Assembly (NCBI GenBank): GCA_958009085.1
Contig: OY253668.1
Location: 1,178,001-1,242,000 of the forward strand
Direction: 5' to 3'
Length of the DNA stretch: 64,000 bases
Source of the DNA: Protoeuglena noctilucae
Lineage: Eukaryota
Shown here piece by piece: positions 25,032 to 43,238 of the stretch (position 1 is its first letter; each line of letters starts with the position of its first letter). Both the position numbers and the translations under genes were made by a program. The notes beneath the pieces are model-generated. The model made no database searches. It saw nothing but the letters and a program-made list of their open reading frames with translations, and was not told the origin of the DNA.

Positions 25032-27919
25032 TCAGGTCACGTCCACAGCTAAGTCCCTGTACCTCCTCAGCGTCTCCTCAAAAGCCTCATCCGACTCGGA
25101 CAGGCGGTGGGCTGCCTGCGGGGTCAAAGGAAAGCTCTGTGTTCACGGGGCTCGTCCCATGCATGCCATCATGGCGTTTAATCAAGCTAACCTCCCCCTC
25201 TCACCTGGGGCAGCTCGAGGTCTTCCACGTCCGTCGCCTCCGCCCGGTGCGGCAGGCCCCCGTTCACGTACAGCACCCGCAGTCCCTTGCCCGAGGCCGG
25301 CACGCCGGGGCAAGGGTCTGCGAATCCCCACAGCCGCCCGCGCCCCGCCCCGGGCACCTTGGCCACGCGACCCCTTGACCCCCGGCACTGCCACTGCACT
25401 GCGTGGGTGACATCCACGCAGCGGGCCGGCTCGGCGAGCAGGCCGTAGTCGGCGCGGACCACCACCACGCCGCCCGCGCCCATGGCCTCCCGGGCGCTCT
25501 GCTCCGCCACCGGCCGCAACAGCCGCGCCACTGCGAGGGGCGTGGATACCATCGGGGGTGACTAATGAGGCGGCGAGGGTGGTAGGTCATTACTGGGGCA
25601 TAAGAGATGCTACAAGGATCAGTTGCAGACCCAGATGTCGGCTGCTAGTGGCCAGGGGCTCCACCCTGCACTCAAGGGTTCTACCCTGCAAGCACGACTG
25701 CCAGCACAGCGCCCCCACCTGCGTCGACCAGCTTCTGCGCCCTCTTTGCCGCCTCCAGATCCTCCCGGGTCACCGCAGCTGCGCGGAACCGTCGGTACGC
25801 CCACCTGGCCGGCCTCACGATCCCCAGGTACACCCCCGCTGCCAGAACCGGCGCAGCAGCGGCCGCGAGGGTGGCCTGCACGGGAGACGGAACCAAAACC
25901 CATCTCTCGTTCGCGTTTCCGCATTTGCAATCGCATTAGGATGTGCGTAGGAGCATGCTGCACATGAAAGTGTTGACGCGGGGCGCATGGGTAGGCTGCA
26001 CGCCCACGCACCCACGACGCCTCTTCTGGCTTTGACGCCCACGGGCTCCCGTACCACGTGACGGGGACGTCCAGCCGGTGCCCCGCTTGCGCGTAGGACG
26101 ACTTGCCCACGACGCCCCCTGGTTGCCACAGCACGGCATGCGTGGCGCTTCGGCGCTTGCCGAGCTTGCGTGTCTGCACGGGCGGTGGCGAGGGGCAGTC
26201 GGCCAACAGGAGTCGTCAAGTGCGGATACAAGGGCTCGCTGCTCGTTATCGCTGGCCCTGTGGTTTCCAAGGGCCCACGAGCCCACCATAAGTGGTGCCA
26301 GTTGGGCTGATGGCGGATGCGCTCCCACGCGCAGCTCTCACCACGGACAGCTCGATTTCCGGGAAGCTGTGCGCAATGAGCTTGACGCGTGCGCCGAAGC
26401 TGCCCCACTCGGTGCCCTTGGACGCAGCCACCGTCAGCGCGGCGGACCCCGCGCCCAACTCGACTTTGAGCGTCGCGGACCGGCCCCGAACAGAGGCGTC
26501 GCCGGGGCGCTTGTGCTGCTGCGGGAAGGACGTCGTGAGACACTTTGAGCACGAGTCGAGCAAGAGATCGCAGCTGGGCCCTGCGCTTGAAACTGCGGAG
26601 GCTCTGCAGATGTTGCAAATATGTAGCGCCCGCGGGCTCTTACCAGCGTGAGCGCGAGGCCCGTGTCCGGCCCGACCGTCCAGGAGAGCGTCCCGGAGTT
26701 GGCAGCGGGGACGGTGGAAAAGGCGCGGTGGAGGTGGAGGTGCAGAGAGGGGTAGCTGCCCCCAGCGAGCAAGTCAGAGGTCCCTTGGTATTGGAGCTGG
26801 ACCAGGAGCTGGTCGGAGGGCGTGAGATTCCTCGACAACACGAGGGTCGCAGACGCAGACTCGGCCCCGGCTGTGCAGGAGACCTACGGGGCACCGAGTG
26901 AGGAGTAGGGATCGTAGCTGCCCTGTCAGGGTGGCAGGCGTGCCGGGATGACGCGACGGCGGGGCATGGCGGGGCAGCGGAGTCGCAGCGCACCTGCACG
27001 TGGCTGTCAGGCGAGAGGGTCCAGTCCGCAGTGCCCGTGGCGGTCGCCTGGCCTAGTTGTGCCAGCAACACGCGGTCGCCCCCTGCGGCGATGAGCCCCT
27101 GCTTCGAGAGGAAGTCGAAGCCCATGCTGGCGTTGACGGTGGGAAGCGCCTGCGCCCGCACGCTGTTCCGATGGGCCATGGCCCGGATGCCTGGGGCGGG
27201 AGCGGGTGGGGACATCATGGTGGGCAGGGGCAGAGCAGCGTGGTGCTCGCGAGGGTGCCGCGACTCACGGAACCGCCGGCCGCGCAATTGAGAGATTGAG
27301 AGGACTCACTCCGGGCCGGGCGCGGCCGCCCGTCCACCACGAGCACCGTCGTCGACGTGAATTCCGTCGCACGGCCCAGCGCGCGCTCCCGAGCTTCCAG
27401 CATCTCCTCCCACTTACGCTTCACGTCGCCGTCGAACGTGGTAATCGCGGTCCCCTGTCGTAGTGCATCCGGCCCGAGCCTGTCGAAGATCTCGCGCTTC
27501 CGAGGGTCCGTGAGCACTGCACCGAGTAAGGGGCATCCGTCTGAAGCATGGGAAGCTTCTATGGATCCATGAAACACCCTCAGCTGATGTACTGCTTCCA
27601 TGATTTTGGAAACACATTGGCATCGGCTGATGCGCGACCCCTGCGCGCGGCGGCCAGCCCCGACCTTCATGTGCTTGCGAAAGCGCAGCGAAGAGCTGCG
27701 TGGCCTGATCCCGGAGTTCAGGGTCCCTGCGATCGTGTGGAACGTCACCAGAGTAAAGCACAGCGACGCAACCTGGCGGCGGCCGCGTGCGACGACGGGA
27801 ACGCACCTTTGCTTGTCCGGGTGAAGCGTCTGAGCTAGGGACCTATACGCCCGCCTAATCTCCTCAACCGTAGCGGTGCTCGGCACGCCCAGGATGCCAT
27901 AGTAATCGTCCGTGTCCAT
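25032..27919 (-). CDS. DnaJ-domain chaperone, DNAJC11/AtJ13-like, multi-exon
   Basis: J domain DYYGILGVPSTATVEEIRRAYRSLAQTLHPDK (HPD motif) and AHEVLTDPRKREIFD. C-terminal DUF3395-like ADYG...DVTHAVQ...GFADPCPG..KGLRVLY. Confidence 0.85.
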
Positions 27920-28485
27920 CTCGGGTTCCCCCGCCTCTTGCGGCCCCCCGGGCTAGAGGCCTTTGGTCCCAGCCTCCTCCCCTCCTCCCCCCGGCCCTTC
28001 GCCCCCCCTTCGTGTGCGTGTCGAGGCAATGACGCAGCCACCTATCCAATGGGTACGGCCAGAGAGACAGCGGCTTGGGAATGCCGCGAAGCACTCCGCT
28101 GCAAGTGAGTAACAGGGTTGTTAAGGCCGTGTTCCGCAAGGTCTGGATCGGGACGAAGGGGACGTCGATATGCTTTCATCAGCTGCGCAGACTGGCATGT
28201 TGGCGCGGACAACCGAGGGCACCTGCGCTGGAATAGTGTGTAAAAGCCAGTTCCCCCGCCTCTGCCGCGGTCGATGCGACCTCCGCGTGCATGATTTGTT
28301 CGCTTATCACGTCACCGCTGCGTCAACATAGTTCGTTGCCGTCACCGCGCCCCCCGCGCTTCTCCCGCCCGCCCAGCGTGCTCAGCCTGGCTGTGCAGTC
28401 CCGCGCATTGACGCGGAACCTTCACACGCCGCGCCTGTGACTGAGCCGAAGCTCTGCGAGCACAGATACCCTAGGCTGGGCGGGG

Positions 28486-32927
<4,442 letters not shown>

Positions 32928-33081
32928 AACCACGCAGGCGGAACTAGATTCACAGATTGCCACAGTCTGTGGCGACGGTGATACATGGACTTTTCACGAC
33001 GGGCGCTCCATGGCCTGGCTGGACAGGGCGCTGGCTACGTGCGCGGCGCTGCGCTTGGTGGCCGTCGACGCTGTGCCGCCG

Positions 33082-33910
33082 TCACTTGGTGCGCTTGCGG
33101 TCCCGCGCCACATACACGTGCATGAACTCGTCCATCGCGGCCACCATCTTGGCAGAAATCTGGGGCATGTCGTAGAACAGGAGCGCGTACACCCGCTTGC
33201 CGCCCTTGTCCGCCCACCTGCGGAGAGGGCGAGGTTCGGTAACACTCGCCGCATGCATTCGTGATTTAGGGCCCGGTGGCCGCGCGAGGAGGCGGTGCGC
33301 TGAAGTGCCCCTATGTCCCGCGACTCCGTCGCCCGGACTCACATGAGCGCCCAGCCCGTGGACTTCTCCGGCGACACATTCATGTTGCGACCATACACCA
33401 TGCGGTGCTCCGGCTGGTAGCGGTGCACCTCGTACCGGCGGGTGTTCCCGGCGATCGTGAACGTGAGCCCGCGCTTCATCGCAGTCTCCCGGTCCTCGAG
33501 TAGGGCGGGAATCTCGAGCAGCTCCTCCTGCGTGCAGTCATGGACGCGCCTCTCAAAGCCCCGGGGTTCCCGGCCGCTCGGTTCCCGCGTGCACATTGTT
33601 TACATCATTCTGACGAGGACTATGGCCGGCCCGCACCTTCTTGACCTCGCCCGTGCGCATGAGGACCTCGCCGGTGGAATCAAAGACCACCATGAAAGAC
33701 CCGTCGCCGAGGAGGGTCGTGCCGCCCGATATTCTGCGCTTGCAAGAGAACGTGACTTGCAGCCGGAAAGCGGCCGCACGAGAGCTGCCGAGCGAGGCCC
33801 AGGAGCAGTCGCGGGGCCACTCACAGGTCGCTCTTCCCCGTCGCGTTGCGGAACAGCTGCTTGCCCCCCCCGCTGGCAATGCCGAAGTTCTTCTTCAGCC
33901 GCTGCAACAT
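33082..33910 (-). CDS. Divergent profilin-fold protein, 4 exons
   Basis: Spliced product MLQRLKKNFG...SFMVVFDSTGEVLMRTGEVKK|EELLEIPALLEDRETAMKRGLTFTIAGNTRRYEVHRY..MVYGR..GWALM..YALLFYDMPQISAKMVAAMDEF follows profilin spacing. The fold assignment is by eye. Confidence 0.6.
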
Positions 33911-34414
33911 CCTCGTCGTCCGATCGCCCCTGCGGCCATCAGGGGAGCGAGCGTCGGGACGTGTCCCCTGAGCCCGCTGCCCATGCGCTCCCGCGGCCAC
34001 CCTAGCCCCAGTGAGCGACGAAGCGCATCACTTGAGGCCACTCCAGGCCAGCTCCCTTCGTCAGCAAGGTCAAGCAACTGTTCCTTTCTCAAAAGCTGGC
34101 TAGAGAGAGCAGGGAAGAGTCAGTGACAGCTCGGCCTCAGTGTTCACTCAAATCAGCAGTTTCGAGAGTTGGTGGACAGGGGAGGGCGAGGGCGTGATTG
34201 TGGCGAATGTCGCGGCTTGCAGGTTGCCCCGTCCGTACTGACGTACTGACGTGCGGACGCCAGCGCGCAGAGATCAAAGCTCCCTCACGTCTCGGTAGAC
34301 AGCGCGATGGCAGACATGGCAATCCGATAGCACACAAGCACGCTTCTTGAGGCCGTTGGCTGGACATTGGGGCCGCATTTCTTGGCTTTGTCAACTGTCG
34401 TCGACTTTGCGGCG

Positions 34415-36882
34415 ATGCCGGCACCTGCCGGTGGCAGTCGGCCCCATGAGATCGATGTCGTAGACCCAGACCCGAAAGCTCAGCCAGCGGAGCCTAAGGC
34501 CGAGCCTCCTTCCTCCCCGCTTCCCCCCGCGGCCGGGCCCCTCCCACCGCATCCCCGATCGGACGCCGTGGGCCACCATGAGCCCTCGTACGTCGGAGTG
34601 AGGATGCTGTGGTCGCGATGGCTGCTTGTTGCGACCAGAACCTCGCTTTGCCACTTCAAATGACGACCTGGTCCCCGAGCACACAGGACGCCTTTCGCGT
34701 GGTGGGGCTGCTCTGTGCTCTTCTCGTCGGTCTCATGGCCGTCACTCTCGGCTACGGCATCGCCGCCATGCCCGACCCTCCTACCTTCGACCCCGTGCGC
34801 ATCGATGTGCCGGAGCCCGAGGCGATTATCGAGCGCTTGCGAGGGTTCCTGCGGTGGGCATGCACACTGCTAACGGCTGCAGCCTCGGCACAATATCCAC
34901 GTCGCAGTCCTCACTGCATCTCCATCACCCACTCCTTTCGCAGGCTGCCGACCGTGTGCGATGCGTCTGCGCCAGACCACGTGGGACCAGCAAACGCGTC
35001 GACGTTCCAGGTAACGTTGCGGACAGGACTCGATCCTTTGTCGTGGTAAGCTACTGCTAGCTGACCGCTGCTTGCATGGGTGCTGCTGCAGGCGGCCATC
35101 GATTACATTGAGGGTGCGTACCCGGAAGTGTCGACGCACCTGACCAGGGAACTCGTCAACGGGTACACGATGGTGTACACGTGGCCGGGATCAGACCCCA
35201 CGCTCGGTGAGATTGGGTGGGGGTTTGTGTGCCACTCCCACTGCATGCATGCCGCATCTTGCCCCCCGTTGCCGACCATCCCATCCTCATCAGTGCCCTT
35301 ACCGCAGAGCCCGCCCTTCTCGTCTCGCACTACGACGTCGTCCCAGCCGCGGCGTCGGACGGCTGGTCTCACGACCCTTTCGACGCCGATGTGGTGGACG
35401 GGGCGGGCGCCGATGTCGACATCCGCCAGGGGTTCGGGGAAGCGCGCGCCAGGGGGGCCCGCATCATCGCGCGTGGCACGCTGGATATCAAGACGGGGGT
35501 GACGGGGCCTCTGGAAGGCGTGTCCCTGCTCCTGTCCCAGGGCTTTCAACCGAAGCGGACCGTCATTCTGGCGTTCGGGCACGAAGAGGAGGTGGGGGGC
35601 GAGTACGGGGCGAAGGCAGTCGCGTCGCTGCTGCGATCGCGAGGCACGCGCCTGGCGCTCGTGGTCGACGAGGGCGGCACCATCCTGGTGGACGGCATCG
35701 GCGGTGGGAGGCTGGCGTCTGGCCCCGTCGCGATCGTCGGCACGGCAGAGAAGGGCTACCTCTCGTTGCGAGCCGACATCCTCGTCCCTGAGCCGGGCCA
35801 CAGGTGAGCACCTCTCGGGCCGGGTGACGGCATCCTGGCTCGTCACAGCGGTCGTTATCACGGGCACCTGCCTCTGTGCGCAGCTCCATGCCCCGCACGG
35901 ACGGCCTCTCCGCCGCGACGGTGGCGGCGGACATCATGGCAGCTGTGGTGCGGCGGCCGCCTTCGGGCTCCCTCGCGGCGCCCACGACCGACATGCTCAG
36001 GCACCTCGCGCACCGCGCCCCTCTTCACCTGCGCCCGCTCATGGCCAACCCCGAGGTGCGACGCCCCCCTCCTTCCTCGCCCGCGCCTGCCAAGCACCTC
36101 CGTCGCCCACCCCTCACATCACCCACCGTCACCCCCCGCAGCACTGGCTGTCGTGCGCGCTCTTCACGCGGGCTTTCCGCTCCCAATCTTCCTCGGCAGC
36201 CCTCACCCGCACCACAGCTGCAGTCACCCTGTCGAGCCTGGGTGTGGCAGAGAACGTCGTCCCCGCGACAGCGTCCGTCACTGTGAACTTCCGCATTCTG
36301 CCTGGGGTTTCTCTCGACTATCCTGCTGAGTATTTGAATAACCTGCTGGGCAAGCACGCGAAGGTGACCTGCTTTGGCGGGGAGACCTGGTTACGTGCCT
36401 GGCCCAGCATCGTGGGACCTGACTTTGCATGGCCCCCGCTGCCCGCAGTACGTCACCCTGTCTCCGACTCGCCCGGGCAACAAGGCCTCTCCGATCACGG
36501 ACGCATCGGGTCCCGCGTTCCACCTCCTGCGCCGCGCCATCCTCGAGACGCTGCCGCGCGAGGGAGAGACCTTGACCGTGGCCCCGTTCCTGCTGACCGG
36601 GATGACGGACTCGCGGCACTACGTCGACCTGTCGCGCGGGGGCATCCTGAGGTGACTTAGCGCGCAGCGGGTGCCTGGATGCTCGAGAACCCGCTGCTTG
36701 CGCTCGTAACACCACTGCCCTTCGGTCGCCTGCCCAGGTTCTCGCCGTACCGGGTCAACCAGTCTGCAGGAGACCTGGGCATGATCCACGGCATCGACGA
36801 GAGCATCGCGGTCGAGGACGTTGTCAACGGCGTGGCGTTCTACGCACGCCTCATCACGCTGCTGGGCTCGGAGGAGCTCTAG
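34415..36882 (+). CDS. M20A metallopeptidase (PM20D1 / Gly-Xaa carboxypeptidase-like) with N-terminal TM anchor
   Basis: YTWPGSDPTL, SHYDVVP, RGTLDIK, FGHEEEVGG, VDEGG, AEKGY, GHSSMP, TDSRHY and IHGIDE metal-binding motifs. Confidence 0.9.
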
Positions 36883-36989
36883 ACTGGCCGAGCTTAGCGC
36901 GCCGAGAGGAGAGTCCCTTGGTTCAAACAATGCTCTTGAGCACGGAGTGCGCAGCTGACGAAACCGGTCCGAGGGAAGCCTTGGCGCCG

Positions 36990-37881
36990 TCAGACGGCAC
37001 CCCGGCGCGGCCTCACGATCGTGTCAATGACCCCGTAGTCCTTCGCGTCCCCCGCCGACATGTAGAGGTTGCGGGAGATGTCGTACTTGATCTTCTCGTA
37101 GTCGTTGCCCGTCTGCGTGGCCAGGAGCGCCGTGATGTAGTCCCGCTGCCGCAGCAGCTCGCGCGACTCCCGGTGGATGTCCGACGCCTGGCCCCGCGCC
37201 GCCCCCGACGGGTGGTGGAGCATCACGCGCGTGTTCGGGAGACAGTAGCGCTGCGGGGTCAAGGAGGGCGGCGGGTTGGTACCTCGCGCAGAGCCGGACA
37301 CAGCACTGCGACGGCCCCGCGAGAGCCACCCTGCTGCTGTTATGTTTCGTCACCTTGCCCTTCTGCCCCATGGCCAAAAGGAACCCCATCATGCCCATAC
37401 AGCCCCCGAAGCCGACGGTGGACACGTCCGACTTGACGTGGCGCATCGTGTCGTGCAGGGCAAGCATGGGCACGACCTCTCCTCCCGTGCCGTTGATGTA
37501 GAGCGAGATGTCCTTCTTGTTTTCGCTGTCTAGGTACAGCATCGTCGCGACCAGCTGGTTGCCCAGCTCCTCGTCGATCGCCTGGTAGAGGAAGATGATG
37601 CGGTCGCGGTACAGGCAGTTCCACAGGTCCACCCACTGCCAGTAGCCCTCGCGCTGGTTCCGGTAGGGCACCATCGGCACACCGATGGGGTAGGCCCGGT
37701 GCCCGCCCCGCCCAACGGCACGGCAGGCTAGACCCGCGCGGGGACGCGAGGGAGTCCTGCGGGGGGTGCGCGCGCGAGCGTCCCGTGGGTGGATCACCCG
37801 CGCGGGCAGGGAGGCAACCCGCCAGCCGCTGGGGCGAGATGAGGAAGCCCCGGAGCTCGCAAGAGGCGAAAATGGTCGCAT
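36990..37881 (-). CDS. CLPR2: Plastid Clp protease non-catalytic subunit ClpR2-like, 2 exons; start uncertain
   Basis: PIGVPMVPYR...WQWVDLWNCLYRDRIIFL; LYINGTGG; the nucleophile Ser position is replaced (GCMGMMGFLLA); HHPSGAARGQASDI. The N-terminus is S/R-rich and transit-like. Confidence 0.85.
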
Positions 37882-38591
37882 GTGATTGCGCGCTTGGAAG
37901 ATCGGCGCGTCTGATGGGCGGGAGACCGGCTCGCGGGAGCTCGCCGCCACTGGCCGTTCCGATGGCCTGCTTGCGCCGGGAGGCCGTAGAGGCGGACCCA
38001 TGCGCGCCCCGATGCCCACCTGCTTGATGCAAGATCTGGCGTGCAGACCCGAGACACGCTCGCGAGCGCGGCCATCTAGCTCCTGGAACCCAGCCCGCCC
38101 GACAAGGCCTCCTCCTGCTCCGCTTCGAGCACGATCCGCGAATGCGACCGAAAAAGCGGCACAAGCTGGTTCGCGGAGTCCCCTGCTGCGGCGCTCGGGG
38201 TGGGGGGATGACGATCCAGCGGTAGAGCCCGACACAGGACACACAGCCCACCGAGGTGATGGTGATTTGAGAAAGTGTGCAGATGGAAGGGGCGGCATCG
38301 CGTGACAACGTCCTCCTCATCCCCGACGTCAAGCGCCAGTAGGGCTCTACCAAACGTGTTGACTGCCGCTGCTTCGATGATTTGCGGGGTCCGGGACAAA
38401 CTTTCGACCATTCTCGATGGCCGGCATGCCCTGCCGGCTACTCCAGCCGTCGCAGGGCGAGGTACACGTGGTCGCACAGATGGGGCCCGCTTTCTCGGGC
38501 TTTCTCGGGCCCCACACAGGCTGAAGTCCCCCCCACAGGCCGGCTGGGGGAAGCTGGCTGTTCACGCGGCTTGGGAACGCTCTTTCGCGCC

Positions 38592-41500
38592 ATGACGACG
38601 GGGTCGTGGCCACGCCGCAGCGGGGTTTTGTCCCTCCTCTGCCATGCGGCGTTTTTCATCGCTGCTTGCTACCAATGCCTGGGCACATTGGCACAGTTCG
38701 TGGCGACGGCACGAGTGGAGGACGCTCTGCAGCCAGTGCATCCCGCAGAGCGTTACATGGCAGCACGGGTGCTGGACCTCCTGGCCTCTCCCGCCCTGTC
38801 CCAGCCCCGCCGTCGTCTCTCTGCCTCCACGCAGCCCATCCGCCTGCACGTGGAGTACACCCTCGACTCGTCCCTCAGCGCGTCGGACCAGGCCGCCCTC
38901 CGCGTCGTGATGACAGCGGCCGTGGCTGAGCTGCAGCGGCTGCTGGTGGGGGTGCGCCGGGCCCCAACTGGGCCCCTGACCCTCCCCATGCCTTGCGCGG
39001 CGTACAAGGACGGCGTGTGCGTGCAGATTGGCACCGTCGGCTACTGCTACGCGTCCCCTCAAAACCCGGTGAGCAACCATACAGAGGAACAAGCTCCTAA
39101 CCCCAACCTGGTCATTTGCAAAGGCCCTGCTGCTTGTCCACTTGCAGGACTTCTTCGGCTCGTACGTGCTGTGCGCGCCCCAGAACACGACGTCGTGCTT
39201 CACGTTCCCTGGCGGGGCGGGCCTGGCCAACACGGATGCGGTGGTGTACGTGTCCAACGCGTCCAAGCTCCCGGACGGGTCGGCGGCATGTGTGGCCGGG
39301 GAGGACCGCGCCGTGGGTGGCTGGTGCGTGCTGGACCCGACCGACAGCCGGCCGATTGCCACCTTCATCAACTGGTGCCCGGACGGCCTGGCACAGCTGT
39401 CGTCCCCGGCGCTGCTGCCGGGGCTGGTCGACACGGCGGTGCACGAGATGATGCACGGACTGGGCTTCACGCGTACGCTCTTCGACCACTACGTCGACGC
39501 CTCCACGGGCATCGCGCTGGGGTCCGCCAACACGGTGGCAGTGGACGCTTCGGGGGCGGTGCAGCTGACCACCCCCTCAGTGCGCCTGCTCGCTTCCAGC
39601 TACTTCCGGTGCACGTCGCTCAAGGGCCTGCCCCTGGAGACCAACGGGGGCAGCGCCACGGCCGGGTCCCACCAAAACCAGGCGATCGTGCCGGTGAGTT
39701 GGACTGGCGACGTGCCTGGCAGCCTCACTGAGTGGGGCGTGCCCAGTTCCTGGACCGCACCCGTCCGCGCCCGCGCCCGCGCTCGCAGATCGACTTGATG
39801 ACGGGCGTGGATGTGTCGTTTGGTCGAGAGCGCATCACATCTTTCACGGCAGCTGCCTTCAACGACACGGGGTGGTACGTGGTGGACACGTCGGCCTTCG
39901 CGCCCCCGGTCTACGCGCTGTGGGCCGGCTGCGACTTCCTCAACGACGTCGCCGCCAATCGATGCACCGAGAGCCCCCTGCCGGCGTCCCTGTCAACGGG
40001 CACCTTCGCAGTCGCTGGGACCACCAACGCCTGCAGTCCCGACTTGCGAGGCATCGGGGCCGCCGCCGAACTCGAGCTGCACCCGGGGTGAGGGGCCTAT
40101 GCTGTTGAGGGACCGAGGTTAGTAATATGGAGCGTCGTGTTCCTGTCTGCGCATCACCCGTGCGAATCGACGCACAGCGCCTGGTAACTGCCCAGTCCTG
40201 TCAGCCTCGCCCGCACCGCAGGTGTTACCAGGTGCGGCCCTACTCAGACCGTCGTTGCGGGGACGCCGCGGTGCAGCACAGCACGGCGGGGGAGCAGGCG
40301 TCGGTCTTTGGGTCCTTCTTCGGGCAGGGCTCGCAGTGCATCGCAGTCTCGATGCCGGGGACCCAGCAGACGCGGTCGGTGGCTGACAGCGCGGAGACGA
40401 TCGACGTCTCGCGCAGCGCGCCGGGAGCGCAGTGCATGAGGATGCAGTGCGAGGGTGAGGAGTGTGGCCTCAGGAGCAGTGCGTGGGTGAAGCTGCAACC
40501 ACCCCTCGCCCTGTGAAGCGCAAGGGAAGTGCCCACGTTGTCTGCCGCAGGAAGCGTGGGGTCGTACAAACTTTACGTCGATCTCTTCGGGGCTTTAATT
40601 GAATGCCCGGGCGGGAAGACGGTTACTGTTGGTGGGTCCGGGGCCGTGGTGGACTTCGGCCTCTCCTCTACCATATTAGGGCCCTGCCCTGACCCGGAGA
40701 AGCTCTGCCCCACGCTGGGATGTCCCGGGGACTGCAACGACAACGGGGCGTGCTACATGGGTTCGTGCCAATGCTATCCTGGGTATGCGGGTTCCGACTG
40801 CTCGGTCAGGTGCGTTCTTGGCTCTTTAATTGCCCAGGATTGGACAGCGGGCCCGTCTTTGGCCGCCCTGTCCGCTGCGGGTTTCATGGTCTCCGCCTGG
40901 CCCTCGCAGGACGTGCGGGCAGTGCGACCCGGCATTTGAGACGTGCGATGTGTCGACCAACGCGTGCGTCGGCACGGCCCCGCTCGACTACGCGGCGGCC
41001 TTCGCGACGCTGGCCGGGCCCCTCCAGACGTACATGGCAGTCGATGCGTCTGGCAACCCCGGCAGCCGCCCGACCCCCGTGGTGGTGCGTGGGGTGGCCA
41101 TGGACGGCTACCTGTCCAGCTGCCCGGTCCTTCTGGATACCGACGGAGACCGCGCCCTCACCTACGTCGACGTGGCCCAGGCGCCCCTCGCGGTCACCAA
41201 GACGGGCGCAGCGGGGGACTTCCGCGCCATCAACCAGGCCGTGGCGTCCGCCCCGCTGCTGCTTCCCTGCCCAGACGAGGCGTTCGGGAATCGGTGCCAG
41301 GGCTGCGCCGACCGGTTTACGGGCCTGCCCCCGCTGTTCCCGCTGCTGTCCGTCTGGCAGGCCCCGGCCGGCGACTCTCTGAGCTCCATCTCTGGGGCTG
41401 TCGTGGGCGGCGTGACGGTCGACGTGTCCAACTACGTCCTCTCGCCGCTCTCCACGGTGGTCGCGGAGGCGGTCGTCCTGTCCCGCATGTACAACGCCGG

Positions 41501-43238
41501 CAACGCCACGGCATGGGTCACGCCGGCCGTCGCCGCCGCCAGGGTCGGGGACTGCCTGGGACTGCCCCAGGCGACGGGCTCGGGGGCGCGGGCCCCGGTA
41601 TGGATGGAGGCATTGTACCTCAGCTCTACCCCCACGGCGGGCATGGACGCAGTCACCCTCGCCGCGAGATACGACGACGCCGGCGCGGCCAAGCTCGCGT
41701 GGGCCTCGAGCACCCTGGTGGCATCGGCGGCGATGGCGGCGGGGGCTTTCAACGCGACGGTGAGGGAGCGGCTGCCGGCGGACTGTGCCACAGTCAGCCC
41801 ACGCATGTTGTCGCCCATCGCGCCCCCATAAGTCACGCTTCATCGGGCGAGAGCACTGCCACGACATCGCCCACCCCGTCTGTCTCAGAGTGTCTCGCCC
41901 TCCGCCATCGGCGCGGAGTTCGTCCGCCAGATTGCCACCAAGTGCACGGCCCCACAGAGCCCCTCCAGCGCAGCAAGCGTGACTGTCGACTTGCAAGCTT
42001 CGGCGGACATGGCCGACGTCCTGACAAAGACGGCCAGCGCCCTCAACCTCACCGCGACACTCACGGGGCCCTCGCTAACGGTGAGGCCTGGGTTCGCCAT
42101 TGTAACAAGAGCCTGCGCTCCGGCGGTGTGGCCCACGCGTGCTGCTTGCTGACAGTCCCAGCGCCGCCACCGCAGGCATTGATCACCTCCGTCGCGAGCG
42201 CCATGGCGGCTGCAGCGACGGCGTCAGTGCCTAAGGCTGGGGCAACGGGCATCGCGTCCTTGGAGCGAGCGGCGAGCATGCAGTACGTGTCACGCACATC
42301 ACTGGCTCCGCTGGCGGTGAGGAGCCTGGGCTGGATTGCGTTGCTCCTCAGTCTTTGACCCTGACACAACCGCATCAAGCCCCGTCTTTGCCATGCACAC
42401 GCAGGCGCAGCTGGCGTCGGGGCAGGTGTCGATGGACGCATTCGCCGCCCAGACGACACCCCAGGCCATCGCGTCCGCGGCCTCTGCGGCCCTCGCGAGT
42501 GGGACCGTGTCAGTCGCCGATCGAATCCCTGCGGGGCCCCCGGCACCCAGCCCCACTCCGACGCCCGCACCGACGGTGGTCGCCGAGCGCGTGGCGTGGT
42601 ACGCCACCGGTGTCTGCATCGCGGGATCCGAGTGCCCTCCCATCATCGCCGTGGCACTCACCGCATGTGCCGTGGCCGCGCTCCTGGCTGCGGCAGGCAT
42701 CGTGGCGTGGGCCGCGCGGCTCCATCCAGAGCGCTTCCGCCTGCGCCCGACGGCCTCCGGTGACCGCGTCGAGTGGGCGCGGGCCGAGCCGTCGCGAGCC
42801 ACGGCTCCTTCCGAGACCGGTCGGAGCTTGAAGGCAAGCGGGGCGCTGACGGAGCCAACGGCACGGTCTCGGACGGAAATTGCCAGCGTCAATGGGGTCC
42901 ACTTCGTGCCCAAGTCGATGGCTGGGACGAAGGACGGGGGATGGGCGAGCAGGCCGCTCAGCGCGCGGAGCGAGGGGCGGGCGCTGGGGCCGGGGTCGCG
43001 GGTGCGGTTCGGGGACGATAGCAGGGTGGGTGCGAGTCGGGCGCGGACGGGGTCGGCGGGTGAGGGCGAGGAGGGCGTGGCGAGGGCCGTGGCGGGGGAG
43101 AGGAGGTGGGAGCTGGGGGGGTCCGGGAAGGAGAGGCGGGGAGCGTCTGTGCCTGGGACGCGGGGCGAGGCCAGGGGAGAGCGCGGGGGTGGAGACAGGC
43201 GAAGTCGGCGAAATAGGGGTCCGGATGACATGTTCTAG
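38592..43238 (+). CDS. Leishmanolysin-like (M8) secreted/membrane zinc metalloprotease with EGF-like domain, extra C-terminal domain and TM segment
   Basis: Signal-like N-terminus; HEMMHGLGF (HExxHxxGF); [13 protein letters not shown] (third His); DLMTG Met-turn; [36 protein letters not shown] (EGF); [25 protein letters not shown]. Confidence 0.85.

Noticed and set aside
42900..43230. Strongly G-rich, purine-skewed tract
   Set aside because: It is explained as the low-complexity G/R/E cytoplasmic tail of the M8 protease, with no repeat unit or element ends.
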